In this document: one piece after another, positions 50,995 through 64,000 of the stretch | Layout: each line of letters begins with the position of its first letter | Numbering within the stretch: the first letter of the stretch is position 1 | Origin: Massalongia carnosa | Lineage: Eukaryota | DNA length: 64,000 nt | Direction of reading: 5' to 3' | NCBI GenBank assembly: GCA_965645245.1 | Contig: OZ287082.1 | Span: 1,612,001-1,676,000, forward strand | Notes under the pieces: model-generated | The model's input: only the letters and a program-made list of their open reading frames with translations | Databases searched by the model: none | Told to the model about the DNA's origin: nothing | Made by a program: the position numbers and the translations under genes

Positions 50995-51209
50995 TGTTCA
51001 ACTTCTACCAGCATTGCCTAGCCGATAGATTAGATAAGATCAGATCTAATCTAATCGCATAGAGGCTCGGATAAACTATTATCATCTCGCTTAGCAGAGG
51101 TGACCAACATACGCAGATTGCTCTGCACTCCGTAGCAACTCTGCATCATGGTCATACAGGCCCCTATCTTTACATAGTCATATAGCCATAGTCATAGACC
51201 TATTCAACA
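50995..51209 (-). mobile_element. Diverged family X-related LTR, reverse orientation
   Basis: Reverse complement begins tgttgaataggtctatgactatggctatatg and contains gtcacctctgctaagcgag; left boundary uncertain. Confidence 0.7.
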
Positions 51210-51705
51210 ATTTTGACACACGACGATCTTTGAAATGATCGAAGAATTTCAAACAAGAGTGATTCAGCTGAAAGTAATAATGAAGTATTAAAAAAAAGAA
51301 TTGACGAGAGTCTCCTCTTAACCCTGAGCAGAATCATGCGATCTTTACACATAAAAATCCGGCTCTTCACTGTCGAGAGCCTTGATTGCACGGTCTGAGC
51401 CTTCAGCCAAATTGCGCGCTGTGCGCCTATAACTGTCCTCTTTCATGACCACTGACCCTCTGTGAGCCAAAAGCTTGGTTGCTGCCCTGTATCCTAAGCG
51501 GGCAGAAATGATGCAATGGTATATGGCCAAGCATATTCATCAACTCCCCTTCAGCTCTATTATCAACCGTCGCATTTGTAACAAGAGATCCTTGTATGGC
51601 ATCGAGAGGAAGGAAAGTAGCGATAGAAGGGGAGCTTGATTGGATCTCTGCGTCCACAGATCAGACGTGAAAAGGGGTGTTGACCCATTACAACACACTT
51701 TAGCA

Positions 51706-52570
51706 CTAGAACAAAACCCGTCTTGCAGCCTGTATACCTGTGATGTCCCATTTTTTCGGCGCGGTACGGTCCATCCACACTTGCCAATCTTTATAGCCAT
51801 ACCCAGGTCGCATAATGTTAGCATACTCCCAATAATCTGGATACCATCCAGCCGCTTCCCAGTCGAGAATGCCAATAATGCGATGGGTTTCGTCCACCAT
51901 AATATTTCGTGGAGCTATGTCGCCATGTGTGAAGACAGAGATATCGGAGCGAGGAAGCATGCTAGGAAGCTCCTTAGCATACTTTCGGCCACCATAGTGT
52001 AAATAGCGTTCTTCTATGCGGGCTCGTAAGGCAGTGTCATTGAGAAGGGGTGTCGGAGGGTTGCTGAGATCTTGAATGAGCGGATCATAGGTAGGTGAGC
52101 CGTCAGCAGAGCATTGGAAGAGGTGGCCTAGCTCAGCGGGCTGTGGAATCTGTCGCAACATCGCACTTATATCCCATATTTCACGGCAGACGCGCTCCTT
52201 TGTATGCTCATCAAGCCCGTTCCATGAGGGCAGAAGGGGCGAACCTGAAACCATTGTCATGCCTAAAGTGCCCCCATCGGAATTGTACGCCGAGAAATAA
52301 TATCGGGAATCGGAATGTCCGTGTATTGCTTCACAAGCCTCATGGCCACTTCTTCAGTTCGCCGAACTCTATTGCCAGATTTGGAGACAAGAGAGCTGTC
52401 GAGCGCTAGGACTATAGCTCCGCCCATCTTGCTCAGGACGCGTATATCATCAGCTGATGAGCATAACGTGGAGGGTTCGACGAGTGCAGAGCCTATATGG
52501 GTGTTAACGCTCACCAGGATGGAGTTGTTCGAGGGAGAAATTAGTACTAGAATTGGACATTTTGCAGATG
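51706..52570 (-). pseudogene. APH/choline-kinase-like phosphotransferase, frameshifted
   Basis: EEVAMRLVKQYTDIPIP, FTHGDIAPRNIMV, ILDWEAAGWYPDYWEY; frame break near 52290. Confidence 0.8.
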
Positions 52571-53700
52571 TCTGATTGAGAATAGGCTCGTGAGAGGAAC
52601 CATGAAACTGGGTTAGGTAGCAAGAGAGCTTTACGGTACAGTTGGTTGCACAGAGACACAGAGAAAATGTGTACGTGTGTGGAGTTGCCTCGTCGCAAGC
52701 TGTCTGGCCTGATGGGCTAGTGGATGTACCATGTTGATTACGTAATAACGCCACATATCAGCCTAGGCAATCAGCTTGTCTTGTCGTTTTCAAACCTGCC
52801 ATCTGCCACACCAAGATGTAGAAGAATAACCCAAAGATCCTGCTAGAAAGAAGGATCCTTATTGGCAGATCGAGAGCCGGATTGGGAGGACGCATGGGGC
52901 TTATCGTGTGATTGAATAGGTACACAGAGTATCTTTCGCTAGTAGATGGGCACGCAGCGTCGATATCAGATGGATACGCAGACGATACATAGTCGGGCAA
53001 GAGGGCAATCTGATGTATTAAGTATCCGAATGAGTCAGGTATCTAGAAGTAGGGTATCAAGGTATGTCTTACGTCTGGTGGCCGTGAATGGTGAAACGGT
53101 TTTGCCAATCTCTAATTTCCAACAGCTTTTCCAACGCTTGACGGCCACCTACTATAGCGACTGTACCATACCTCTGGCACATCGTCGTCGTCGGAGATGA
53201 TAGGCGCGTTTTCGATTCTCTTCATGACTAAGTTTTCTCCTAAACCTATTGTACCTTGTACCCAATAGTAGCCGACCCGAGCGCAATAGTGAGTTCTGTG
53301 ATCAACGCGAAGCCTTGGATGAAGGCATAGTGAAGACGAGTCTTCGCCTTCTTTCAAGACGAAATTAACTCATTCTCTTGCGGAGGAAAGAGGCGAGATG
53401 GGGGTAGAAGGGCAATGACATGTTGCTTCCGTGCATCCAAAGAAGTGGGATCGGACTCCATCACGATGAGGAGTAATAAAACATATAATATGAGGTATAG
53501 CATAAGTGGAAGGGGAGATTTAGGGAGGGCAAAGGGTTAGGACAAGGGCAAGGGCAAATGGTAAGTGAGGGTGAGGGTGAGGGTGAGAGTATGCTTTATC
53601 AGACCGAGTAGGGTAATTATTAGTAGCAATAAACACGTCATCCGATTTAAACCGAAAAGAGTTTAATGTGCTGTTGACAGCTGCCTTACTAGCTTGTACG

Positions 53701-55996
53701 CAGTCGAACCCCGCTATAGGGAAGTTCCGTACAACGAAAACCTCGGCATAACGAAATAATTTTTGGGATTTTTTGTAGTTATATGGTAAAAACCTCATTA
53801 TAACGAAAAAACCCTCCGTTACGATATAACGAAATTTATATTCATATTTTTAGTGACCTTCGTTACAGCGAGGTGGTAAAACTATCATATATTTGCTACG
53901 ATTCTGCTGTAAATATGTCTCGAGAATGGCCTGCCTCTATGTCTTTGTCAACTTCTCCCCCTCGAAAAAAAACTCATCATGAAATCACGACTATTCAACG
54001 AAAAGCTCTTCGGGACTGGTACAATGATGATTCAAAGGATAAAGTGACTCAGAACAACTGTCGCATGTGGTGGAAAAGAGAGTATAATTATGTGCCTGGG
54101 AGTGCATCTATCAGCGAGATTCTTAGTTCCAAATATGCTTACTTGGATGATAAAGAGGAGGCGAGTTCAATCAAACGGGAGGTTATTCCCAAATGGCCTG
54201 TGTTAGAAGATACTTTGTTCGAATGGGAGCAGCGATATGAACAGGCCAGTCTCACTGTTAATGCTGACGTGCTACGGACCAAGGCCACCGAGTTGTGGAA
54301 CAAACTGCCTCAGTATGAAGGTATTCCCACTCCGAAATGGAGCAATGGCTGGCTGGATCGGTTGAAAAGACGACGAGGACTCAAACAACGCATTCATCAT
54401 GGCGAAGCTGGTTCAGCTGATCAAAGCGAAAATGTATAGCAGATAATGACTGATCTTCGTAAATGTCAGGGTCCTGGCCTGACCCGACATGCTCTGATGG
54501 TCACGGGACAGCGTGACTCGCCTAAGCAGTAGCGCGCGGCGCTTGACTGGCTAGCGCACCACGGTAGATTATGTTTAGGAGTTCAGCGATGATTATTCTT
54601 TCTTTCCTTCCTTGTAGTTAAATTCTAGTTCATAGCTACTGAATAATATCAGGGCAAGCTGCCTGACAGTAAATTAGTATCTGAATATGCTGCCAAAGAC
54701 GTTTATAACATGGATGAAACAGCGCTTTTTTGGAAAATGGCACCCGATCGATCTCTTGGTACTGAGAGGCACGCCGGTCAGAAGCAGGATAAGGTGTGTT
54801 TTTCACAGTAAGCTGCTTCGATTTGGCAGAGTTCTAATTTTAACAGGCTAGAATCACTACCTGTCTCACATGTAATGCTGATGGGTCGGATAAACCTGAT
54901 ATCTGGTTTATTGTTAAGGCCAAAAGGCAAAATTGTTTTCGGGATGCCATAATTCATGGACTGGAGAATATGGGTGCTGTTTGGAGGTATAATCCCAAGG
55001 CCTGGAATAACAACATCATTATGAGAGAATATTTGCATTGGTTAAATGTTTATATAAATGGACGATCGATTTTGTTGTTGATGGATAATTTCAGTGCTCC
55101 AGAATTGGCTGTGAAAACTTTGATGGATGAAGGTAAATAAATCAATGTGTTAACGTTCACAGTTATAATTAATCATGATATCATTTCTAAAATTCGTCTA
55201 TCCAGGTGTTTTGCAGAATATTCGCATTGCGTGGCTACCTGCAAATGCCACCTCATTACATCAACCTTTGGATCAAGGCATCATACAAAACTGGAAGGTC
55301 TATGTACGAAAACAACTCGTCAAGTTTATGGTAAGTTCTTTCGATGCTGGAAAAGATCCCACTGCCTCCATAAATGTTCTTCGTGTCATTCGATGGGGCA
55401 TTTCAGCATGGGAAAACGACGTCAAACCTTCTACCATACAGAACTGCTGGGGGAGATCAGGAGTCATTGATTGGGGTTCAGCACCCTTCAATCAACCAAG
55501 AACCTCGAGATGGGTCGAGTCCGAGACTGTTTTGCAAGAGATTACACAGGACATACGTCAGATGCAGGTTATGGGTAGAATAGAAGAGGCGATGAACATT
55601 CATCAATTTATAAACCCGCCCGAGGAGGCTATAGGGGACACAAATGAAGATATTATGAATGATATCGTTTCACGATATGCGGAGCAGGAAAGACTCGCTG
55701 AGACTGATGAAGAGGTGGAAGTTACACCTGTTATAACGGTCTGTCAAGCACAGGAGGCTTGTAGGATCCTGAGACTGCATGAAGAACAGCAGTTGAAGGG
55801 CGATATGGGCATGCTTCGTCAATTACGAAGGCATGAACGGGGGCTGTTTGAAAGACGGCAAAACAGTCAAAAACAATCTACTTTAAGCACTTGGGTAGTT
55901 GCTGGGGCCAAGGGGGGGGAATTGGAGTTTATAGGGGGGCAAAGTAGTAAAATTACCATGATTTTCCCCATCTCCCCTGATAAGGCTCCATTATAG
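53701..55996 (+). mobile_element. pogo/Tigger-like DNA transposon (CENP-B HTH plus DDD transposase), inactivated
   Basis: TIR-like CAGTCGAACCCCGCTATA; WSNGWLDRLKRR; YNMDET, LMDNF, QPLDQGII; two introns; stop at 54437; LTR insertion; right TIR not found. Confidence 0.85.
54464..54668 (+). mobile_element. Solo LTR (family Y) inside the transposase gene
   Basis: TGTCAGG...CCTGACA termini with TSD GTAAA. Confidence 0.92.
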
Positions 55997-56498
55997 GGCT
56001 TCTCTATGTTACGAGACCTCATAACGTTGTCTCCATCAAGTACTTTTGCACCTCTTCTAAGCTGCAAAGTACTATGTATACATGTCCAAAACATATTGTC
56101 CAGGGTCCGGCTCTGATCAAGCACAAGTACCTGCACGCCTAATCTACCTGGGATAGTACGTGAGTACTTACATGCCAACGGCATTGCCATGCTATGCCAG
56201 CTTGATAATATACTTAACACGAGATCACAATCCCTCATATCTCAATCCTGGTTATCTGGAATTCTTATTTATATGCGGTATCACTTCGTCTGCTAGGCGA
56301 AGATGTATATTCTAGCTAGTGCTGCGGCTGGGCGGCAGCCTGTTGTGTCTGATGTCATCCAGACGAGGCTGCGCATGCGCCTGCGAGCCTTGTCAATACA
56401 TACACAGACAAGACGCCATGCCAGCTTGACAACTCAATAATTTTCATCGATCTCAGCTCCCTCCTATCTTCATCTTGGACATTTATCAGTAGTGATCA

Positions 56499-59400
56499 AT
56501 GGACCCTTTCAGTGTCCTGGGCGTGGCGGCAAGCATTATTTCCTGCATTCAGCTTACAGAAAAGTTATTGAACCGTGTGGGACCGTCATCCCACAGTAAG
56601 GGTGATCTGAACCGCATCTTGAATACCATCAATGGTTTTCGTCGGTCGTATGATATCTTCAAATTGTTCTTGGAAATCAACGAGGAAGATCAAGTCAGGC
56701 TTTTTGCGCTTCAACATCTTAAAGAGCCGCTGCAAAAATGCAATGAGGCGTTGGAAACCCTGCGAAAAAGATTAGACGGCGTTACGTTCATCGGTCAACA
56801 TCTTGTAGGGATTGCTTGGGATACTAAGTTGAAGAAGTGTTTAAAACGATTGAGTGAAGCAAACGAGTTGTTGAAACTAGCTATGAGCAAAGATCAGTCG
56901 TATGTATCGACATTATCATACTTCTTACAGGCTAATCAATCTCAAATATCTAGCATCATATTAAGCGCTGTTGAACACTATCTACGCAATGTTGCTGAAG
57001 ATGTTCGAGACGTCCAAATCGATGGAAAATGCATTCTAGATCATTGCGAGGGCATTGAGAATGTCATCAGCGAAAATGGTAAGCGCGTGGTCGATATCAG
57101 TGACGATGTTCGCGACATCAAGAGACATGATGGGGAATGGAGGAGCGCAGAAAATCAAAAGATTCGACGTAAGAAAACAAATCTTCTTCGCGCAGAATTT
57201 GGTTTATGAGGAAATACTGACGCGATCTGGCAGATCAAGATCGAGATGAGATTTTTCAATGGCTTCTCAAAGCAGATCCTTTCATTGAACACCACGCCGC
57301 ACGGGCAAAGTCTGAGCCAGAAACAGGTACTTGGTTTATTGACAGTGAAGATTACCAGCAATGGAAAGAACAAGCCAGCTCATTCCTCTGGCTCCATTCA
57401 AGTGCGGGCTGCGGGAAGACAATCTTATGGTGAGTAAACTGGTCTGATAATTGCAAGCTCCTATTAATGGTAGCCTAGTTCTACAATAATTGACAATCTT
57501 CATAAATCCTGCGTCATGCAGAATACCTTAGTCGCATTCTTCTACTGTACGTTCACTGACTCGAAGAAACAAAACATTTACAATCTTATTTGCTCGTGTC
57601 TTCTTCAGCTTGCTCGAGGATTGCCTGAAATTCCGAGCAGTTTGATGCATTTATACAATCAACACCAATACGCGCAGCCATCAATTGAAAGTCTTAAAGC
57701 GACGCTTCGATCTGTGTTAGAAAGATCCGGACAATCTTTTCTCGTCATTGATGCTTTAGACGAATGTGTCGATGAAAATGGAAGTCGAACAGAAATTCTA
57801 GCTCTACTCAATGAGCTCTCTCACTGGGCTCTTCCTGAGGTTCATATTTTGGTGACAAGTCGAAAAGAATCGGATATTGATAGGGCATTAAACTCCTTGA
57901 CAATGCTCCCCTCAATCTGCATTCAGACTCAACAGCAAAGTGACATCACTTTATATATCAGATCTATTCTGGCAACAGACTCTGATTTACTAAAATGGAC
58001 CGATGAAGTAAAGGAAGAAATTGCAGAAACTTTGATCAGAAAGGCGTTTGGAATGTAAGGATCATTTCTGTTGTGCCACTCGCTGTAATTATAGGCACTA
58101 ACAGTATACATGAAGGTTTCGATGGGTCTTCTGTCAAGTACTTTCTCTAAAAAAATGTAAGCGCCGCAAAGACGTTCGGAACACGTTGAGCTCTTTGCCC
58201 AAAACTCTCGATGATACCTATGCGCGGATTCTTTTGAGCATTGATGATTCAAATCGTCAAGAAGCTTTCACTGCTCTTCAGTGGCTTGCATTTTCGAATC
58301 GGCCTTTGAGGGTTGAAGAGTTGGCTGAAGCCGTTGTAATTGACCCACAAGCTGAAACGCCGTTTGATGCGGAAGATCGCTTTCCAGATCCGCTTGATAT
58401 TTTGGACTTTTTGTCCAGTTTAGTAACAGTATCCACAAACCATGATAAAACTACATCTCGCTCAAATAGGCTCTACGGACGACACGAAATCCGGCTAGCT
58501 CATTTTTCCGTCAAAGAGTACCTTTTGTCTGAACGAATCCAAGTCGGGGCAGCTTCTAGGTACAGAATTCAAGAGATACACGCCCACACAGTCATAGCTG
58601 AAATCTGCCTTGTGTATCTGTCACAGTTTGATCTTTTCGACTCGGTGGTTTCTATTCCAACTATCGAAGAATTTCCACTGATCGATTATGCAATGGAATA
58701 CTGGTTTCGACATGCCCGAGCAGTTGAAAAGCATTGTGAGAAATCTTTATCATTAAGCGACCAGCTTTTTTTGTGCAAAAGAGAAGCCTTCATAAACTGG
58801 ATTTTGTTGTATGATTTGGAGGATCCTGGGCCTAGATTTAGGGCTAGAAATGTGGATTCACGCGATGAGCATTGGACCGCAAGAAAACATGAGGAGACCA
58901 ATTATCATGCTTTATATTACGCGGTACTCGCTGGATTACCTAATTCGGTGCAATTGTTGTTGGACAAAGTAGTCAACATTAATGTTCAAGGCGGAAAGTA
59001 TGGCAATGTCTTGCAGGCAGCGTCTTGGGAAGGTCACGAGACAATAGTGCGATTATTGCTTGATAAAGGAGTCGACGTCAACGCTCAAGGCGGAATTTGT
59101 GGCAATGCGTTGCAGGCAGCGTGTGATTTGGCTCATGAAAAGATAGTGCGATTATTGCTTGATAAAGGAGTCGACGTCAACGCTCAAGGCGGATGGTATG
59201 GCAATGCGTTGCAGGCAGCGTCTTGTAACGATCATGAAACGATAGTGCGATTATTGCTTGATAAAGGAGCCGACGTCAACGCTCAAGGCGGAATGATGGG
59301 CAATGCGTTGCAGGCAGCATGTTATAGCCATCGTGAAACGATAGTGCGATTATTGCTTGCTTTAGGAGTCGACGTCAACGCTCAAGGCGGATGCTATGGC

Positions 59401-60123
59401 AATGCGTTGCAGGCAGCGTGTTTTAACGATAATGAAACGATATTGCGATTATTGCTTGATAAAGGAGTCGACGTCAACGCTCAAGGCGGACAGTATGGCA
59501 ATGCGTTGCAGGCAGCGTGTTCACGCGGTCATGAAACGACAGTGCGATTATTGCTTGATAAAGGAGTCGACGTCAACGCTCAAGGCGGAAAGTTTGGCAA
59601 TGCGTTGCAGGCAGCGTGTTATAACGGTCATGAAACGACAGTGCGATTATTGCTTGATTTAGGAGTCGACGTCAACGCTCAAGGCGGAAAGTATGGTAAT
59701 GCGTTGCAGGCAGCGTGTTCGAAAGGTTATGAAACGATAGTGCGATTATTGCTTGATTTAGGAGTCGACGTCAACGCTGAAGGCGGAAAGTATGGCAATG
59801 CGTTGCAGGCAGCGTGTTCGAAAGGTTATGAAACGATAGTGCGATTATTGCTTGGTAAAGGAGTCGACGTCAACGCTGAAGGCGGAAAGTATGGCAATGC
59901 GTTGCAGGCAGCGTGTTCGAAAGGTCATGAAACGATAGTGCGATTATTGCTTGGTAAAGGAGTCGACGTCAATGCTCAAGGCGGAAGATATGACAATGCT
60001 TTGCAGGCAGCATCTTCAAAGAGTCATATGACGATAAAGCAGCTGCTTCTTGACTATGGAGCTATTGAGAATGAGAATGAGAATGAGAATGAGAAGAAAA
60101 GCAACGAAATGACCCACACTTAA
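56499..60123 (+). CDS. NLR-like protein 2: HeLo-like/SesA-type N-terminus, NACHT, ankyrin repeats (5 exons)
   Basis: Introns 56900-56953, 57169-57233, 57430-57478 and 58055-58115 give one open frame. MDPFSVLGVAASIISCIQL; P-loop HSSAGCGKT; LVIDALDEC; GMFRWVFCQ; AHFSVKEYL. Confidence 0.92.
58966..60060 (+). repeat. 11 tandem 99-bp ankyrin repeats
   Basis: GVDVNAQGGxxGNALQAACxxxHETIVRLLLDK, 11 copies counted. Confidence 0.93.
60067..60095 (+). repeat. (GAGAAT)n coding microsatellite
   Basis: Encodes ENENENENE at the NLR2 C-terminus. Confidence 0.8.
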
Positions 60124-63100
60124 CAAAATTCTCATCACTCAACTTGTGATGAGATAAGTAAATAGATACTCTAGAAACAGATATCGGCAACTTGTAATGA
60201 CACATCACACACATATTGAAGAAGGGTAGTCGTGGTTGATGCGTGTCGTGATTAATCAATGATGGTGTCATCGAGGCATCAAGCAGGTGAAGAACAAAAC
60301 GAACAAACAAACAAACGAACGACAAAAAGACAGACACATCAGGTCAGCTATGTGGGTAACGGTTGACATTGACTATTTGACTGACTAGCTGATGCACTGA
60401 CTGACTAGAAATAAAGGTGGACTGGTGAAAAGAACGACAGATGATCGATGATGAATTGACAGGTGAGCGACCGACACATTAAACTCAGCGCTCGGTGGTG
60501 TTACATGACTCGACTAGCTCGGGCCCATGTAGAAGACACTAGAAGCAGTCATCCGACCAATCATATGGGGTTAGTCCATCCCACCCCATCACATCATCCA
60601 CAGACCCCCATTGATGCCGTCCCCTGGCATCAACTCTAGGGTTAGTCCTCCAGGCAGGCCATCCAATCAGTAGGCCTCCTACTCCATCAGGTCAGGTGAG
60701 CGACTGTGCTCGCTGTGACCCGTCTCGTCAACACAAAACAAACAAAATAGACAAACTGGACTCTTAAAACGCCGGGTGGGGAAGGAACAGATGGCCCTAT
60801 AGTGGACCTCCAAAACAGCGGAGAAAACTCCCGAAACAACAGGCAAAATCAGTAGAAACAGCGGGCAAAATGACCCAAACGACGTCAAAACAAAAAAAGT
60901 CCCACGTCAGCAAGCCCACAGGCCCGGCAGATTAAATCGCTGGCAGCTAAGCTCGATCGGTGCTAGTGTCCTCGAAGCAGCGGTGGTGGATTACTGACTG
61001 CATGCAATTGACTGAAAGATGGACTTATAGACCTTTGACAGTAGGCGGTAGCTGATTGGCCAATGGTGACGGTGATGACAGCGGAGGGTGCTCCGGCATT
61101 GAGGCTGAAAAGGAAACAAAACAAACAAAATATGACTGTCAAGGTGGCGGTCACAGCGGAAGTAGAATATTGTCTATATCACAACTAGCCCTCCAATTGG
61201 CTGGCAACGCGGCATCATTCGGGATAGCGCGTCTCGGTCACTTCATGTGGTAAAATAGCATGCATATCAAACTGAACAATGGGCCATCTCGCACGACGTA
61301 GCAACACAAGTGCTTATTGGACAATTTTGAAATTATGCTAGCGAATGACGGTGCTGGACGGGACGGTAGCAGCTCTCGGACTAGCGATGATGACGGTGGT
61401 GACACTGACAGCGAAGGCGGAACGGATGGTGATTTGTTGGAAGTCGATAGAGACAGTGAGGTCTTGCAAGCGAGGTGCTGATGATGGAGAAACAGCAGGC
61501 AAAACAGGCGACTTTTGCTGATTATCTCGCTCGGTGACAGCAGGTGAAACTACGCTAAATGAAGGTGACTGAGGTCCCTGCCTCGGCAAGATTGACTCAG
61601 TACTAGTATGAACTGGGCTCGATGCGGTTAGGACAGGCGGTGATGACAGGTGGTGCAGCAGATGAATTGATCAATGATAGCGAGATGCTTAGGGACAGTC
61701 CCCCCCCGACCGTCCCCCTCTGTGTAAATCTTTGCTAGTAAACAGCCATTTCACTGCTCAGGGTGCGTACACAGTACAAGCTAGTAATGCAAATGCCAAC
61801 AGCACATTAACGTATATGCGAATTGGAGACCTATAGCCTGCCATCAACACGGTCCTAGGACCACCCTACGGATAGCTCACAGGGCATCATATTAGCCGGA
61901 GATCACCCCTATTTTTTCATTTCTACAATTAAACATGGAACCAAATTGTTTATAAATCGATTTCATATATACGGATCGGAGGTGATTTTGTCATAATTTA
62001 TTGAATATCATTAAATTCATGAAATTATCATAGCGTTATAAACTTAGGTTGCATACGCTCGATGAATAAATAAATTAAAAAACCCCGAGTATGCATCGAT
62101 TTCTTGTCTTATTTTAGTTAAAGTCCAATTATCTTTCAGCAGTGCGCTTATTCTCTACCACGACACCCCCACTGCCTCATCCACCCTGGACTTGTTCTTT
62201 TACGCCGACAAATCTCGACGCATTCGTTCTCGTAGAAGCATGTGTTATTATTTATCGCAAGAAACTACATGTTTAACTATCAACTCAACACTTTTAGTGT
62301 CTCAAGAACATGATGATCGAACCGTGAATAATGAATAATGTAAACGATAAACGATAAATAAGAAATAATACGTTGAGAAGACAAGAGATTAGAAGTAAGA
62401 GGTTGAGTGCGAACAGAACGATATATTTTACTATAAATACTGGAACTTACAGCCCTATTGAGGAATACATTAATTATGTAACATGCACTCGTTTCTCGAG
62501 GCCTTGAAAACAACATTCTTATTTCATGTAACTAACTACAGAACTTCGCAGACTGCTTTTCCAAACGATAATTCAACTACACTGGATAAGAATCACGAGT
62601 GTTTTATCTATATCGTGGTCCTTTACATAACCAGTACCGAAGATCGCGCCCCGTTTACTTTCCCCGAACAGTCCGACTTTTCGTTGACCGCGAGTTATAT
62701 CCGTCGATTGAGAGAAGAGATATCTCTCTATCTATCTAGCTTTATAGAGCCCGATGGCTGGCTAGTTAAAAACAGAAAATGGGGTGTGGGCCGAGGCAGG
62801 GAAAAGTCTTGATTAGTAGTTAAGATATATAAGTTAACCGCTAAAATTAACCAAGCACTCATGTGCAGTATGTACATATATCTACATGACCGACCCCCCG
62901 CGACAACTCGTCGACCAGAATACACAACTAGATAGGTAGTCAAACTCACGACTCGCTAACAGCAACTTTCCCTGAAGCAATTTTTTACAAAAAACTACGC
63001 ATTGAGATCTTCTGTGAGCTTTTTATATAAAGTCTTCCCTTACTCCCTCTTCTTCTTCTTCCGGTTGAGCATAACTTACACGACTAGCCAAGGAAAATCG

Positions 63101-64000
63101 TTTTTCGACGAGGAAAGACCGACTAACTAACTGATTCTTGACATCGACTTAACTAGTTACTTGCAAAATGACATAAAAAGATGCAAAAAAACGCGGCTGG
63201 CTAAACAAAGTGAAAGTTTGATGATTTCCTCGTAAAAGATTCTTTTTTTTGGAAAAGTAGGTTTTTTAGAAAAATAGTCTTTTCTTTCTTTCTTTCTTTT
63301 TTTTCGTCAATACTGTCTGTCGTGTAGCTCATTCACAGGCTTGCTTCTTGTCGTGTTAGCTGAACATATATATATATTTTAATTTTCTATCTATGTTTGA
63401 GCAAATCCCCCCTCCTCCTCTCCTCCCCTCGCTGCTTGCCCCACCTGACGCTCAGTTTTGCTGAGAGGCCTTCTTTCTATAATTAATGGCTTTTGTTTTG
63501 GCAGCAGTAAGGGGGAAACTCCAGCAACTACCTATGCGGCTGATTCAGGGACTGAGTGGGCAAAAGACTTTGTAGTGCTGAACTCCGAATCAACGATGAT
63601 GATGATACAGAAGAGTGTCAAAGAGCTGCCTATTTATGCCCCTTCATCTCCCCTCCTTGTCTAACTATTTGGACATCATAACCCTTCGGCCTCCGGCCTT
63701 CGTCGGCTATCGGCGGCCTGCCTCTACTCGGTTTTGGCATTATCTTTCGCCCTAACCGAATTACTTTTTTTTTTAGAGATGTGCATTCCTCTCGTTTTGA
63801 TGAGAGTGGAACAGGATTTGCTGTGACATGGTGACGTCGCCTGAAGATTATTGTTAGCTTACATCCTTGGTTCTGCGTTTTTGGAAGCTTTTTTTTTCTT
63901 TTTTCGTTTATACTCTTGCCGTTTTCTGAATAATGTGCCTCTATCGTACATGTAGTAGAATAAACACTGGAGTTTCTCACTACAGATTTGTGCCTTTTCG

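Overview
This is a TE-rich accessory region of a filamentous ascomycete (short GT-AG introns with CTAAC/CTGAC branch sites). Two apparently intact fungal NLR-like NACHT-ankyrin genes bracket the window: 3113-8962 (-, 30 near-identical 99-bp repeats) and 56499-60123 (+, 11 repeats). Between them are three nested Copia elements, a decayed Ty3/Gypsy element, an intron-containing pogo transposon and several solo LTRs. The region also carries a CFEM/GPI gene, a membrane protein gene, and decayed F-box, L-lactate dehydrogenase and APH-like phosphotransferase genes. Most notable: (1) a gag/RT-RNaseH/tyrosine-recombinase retroelement (46391-50705), bounded to within ~2 bp because it splits a solo LTR; it lacks the long inverted or split direct repeats of DIRS/Ngaro and has only 8-bp inverted arms that would form an att-like site on circularisation. 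(2) A KDM4-like JmjC pseudogene, missed by the ORF track, fused in frame to an inverted copy of the first NLR's NACHT segment. (3) A young Copia element with an open gag-PR-IN ORF but no RT/RNaseH. All calls are by eye, with no database searches.
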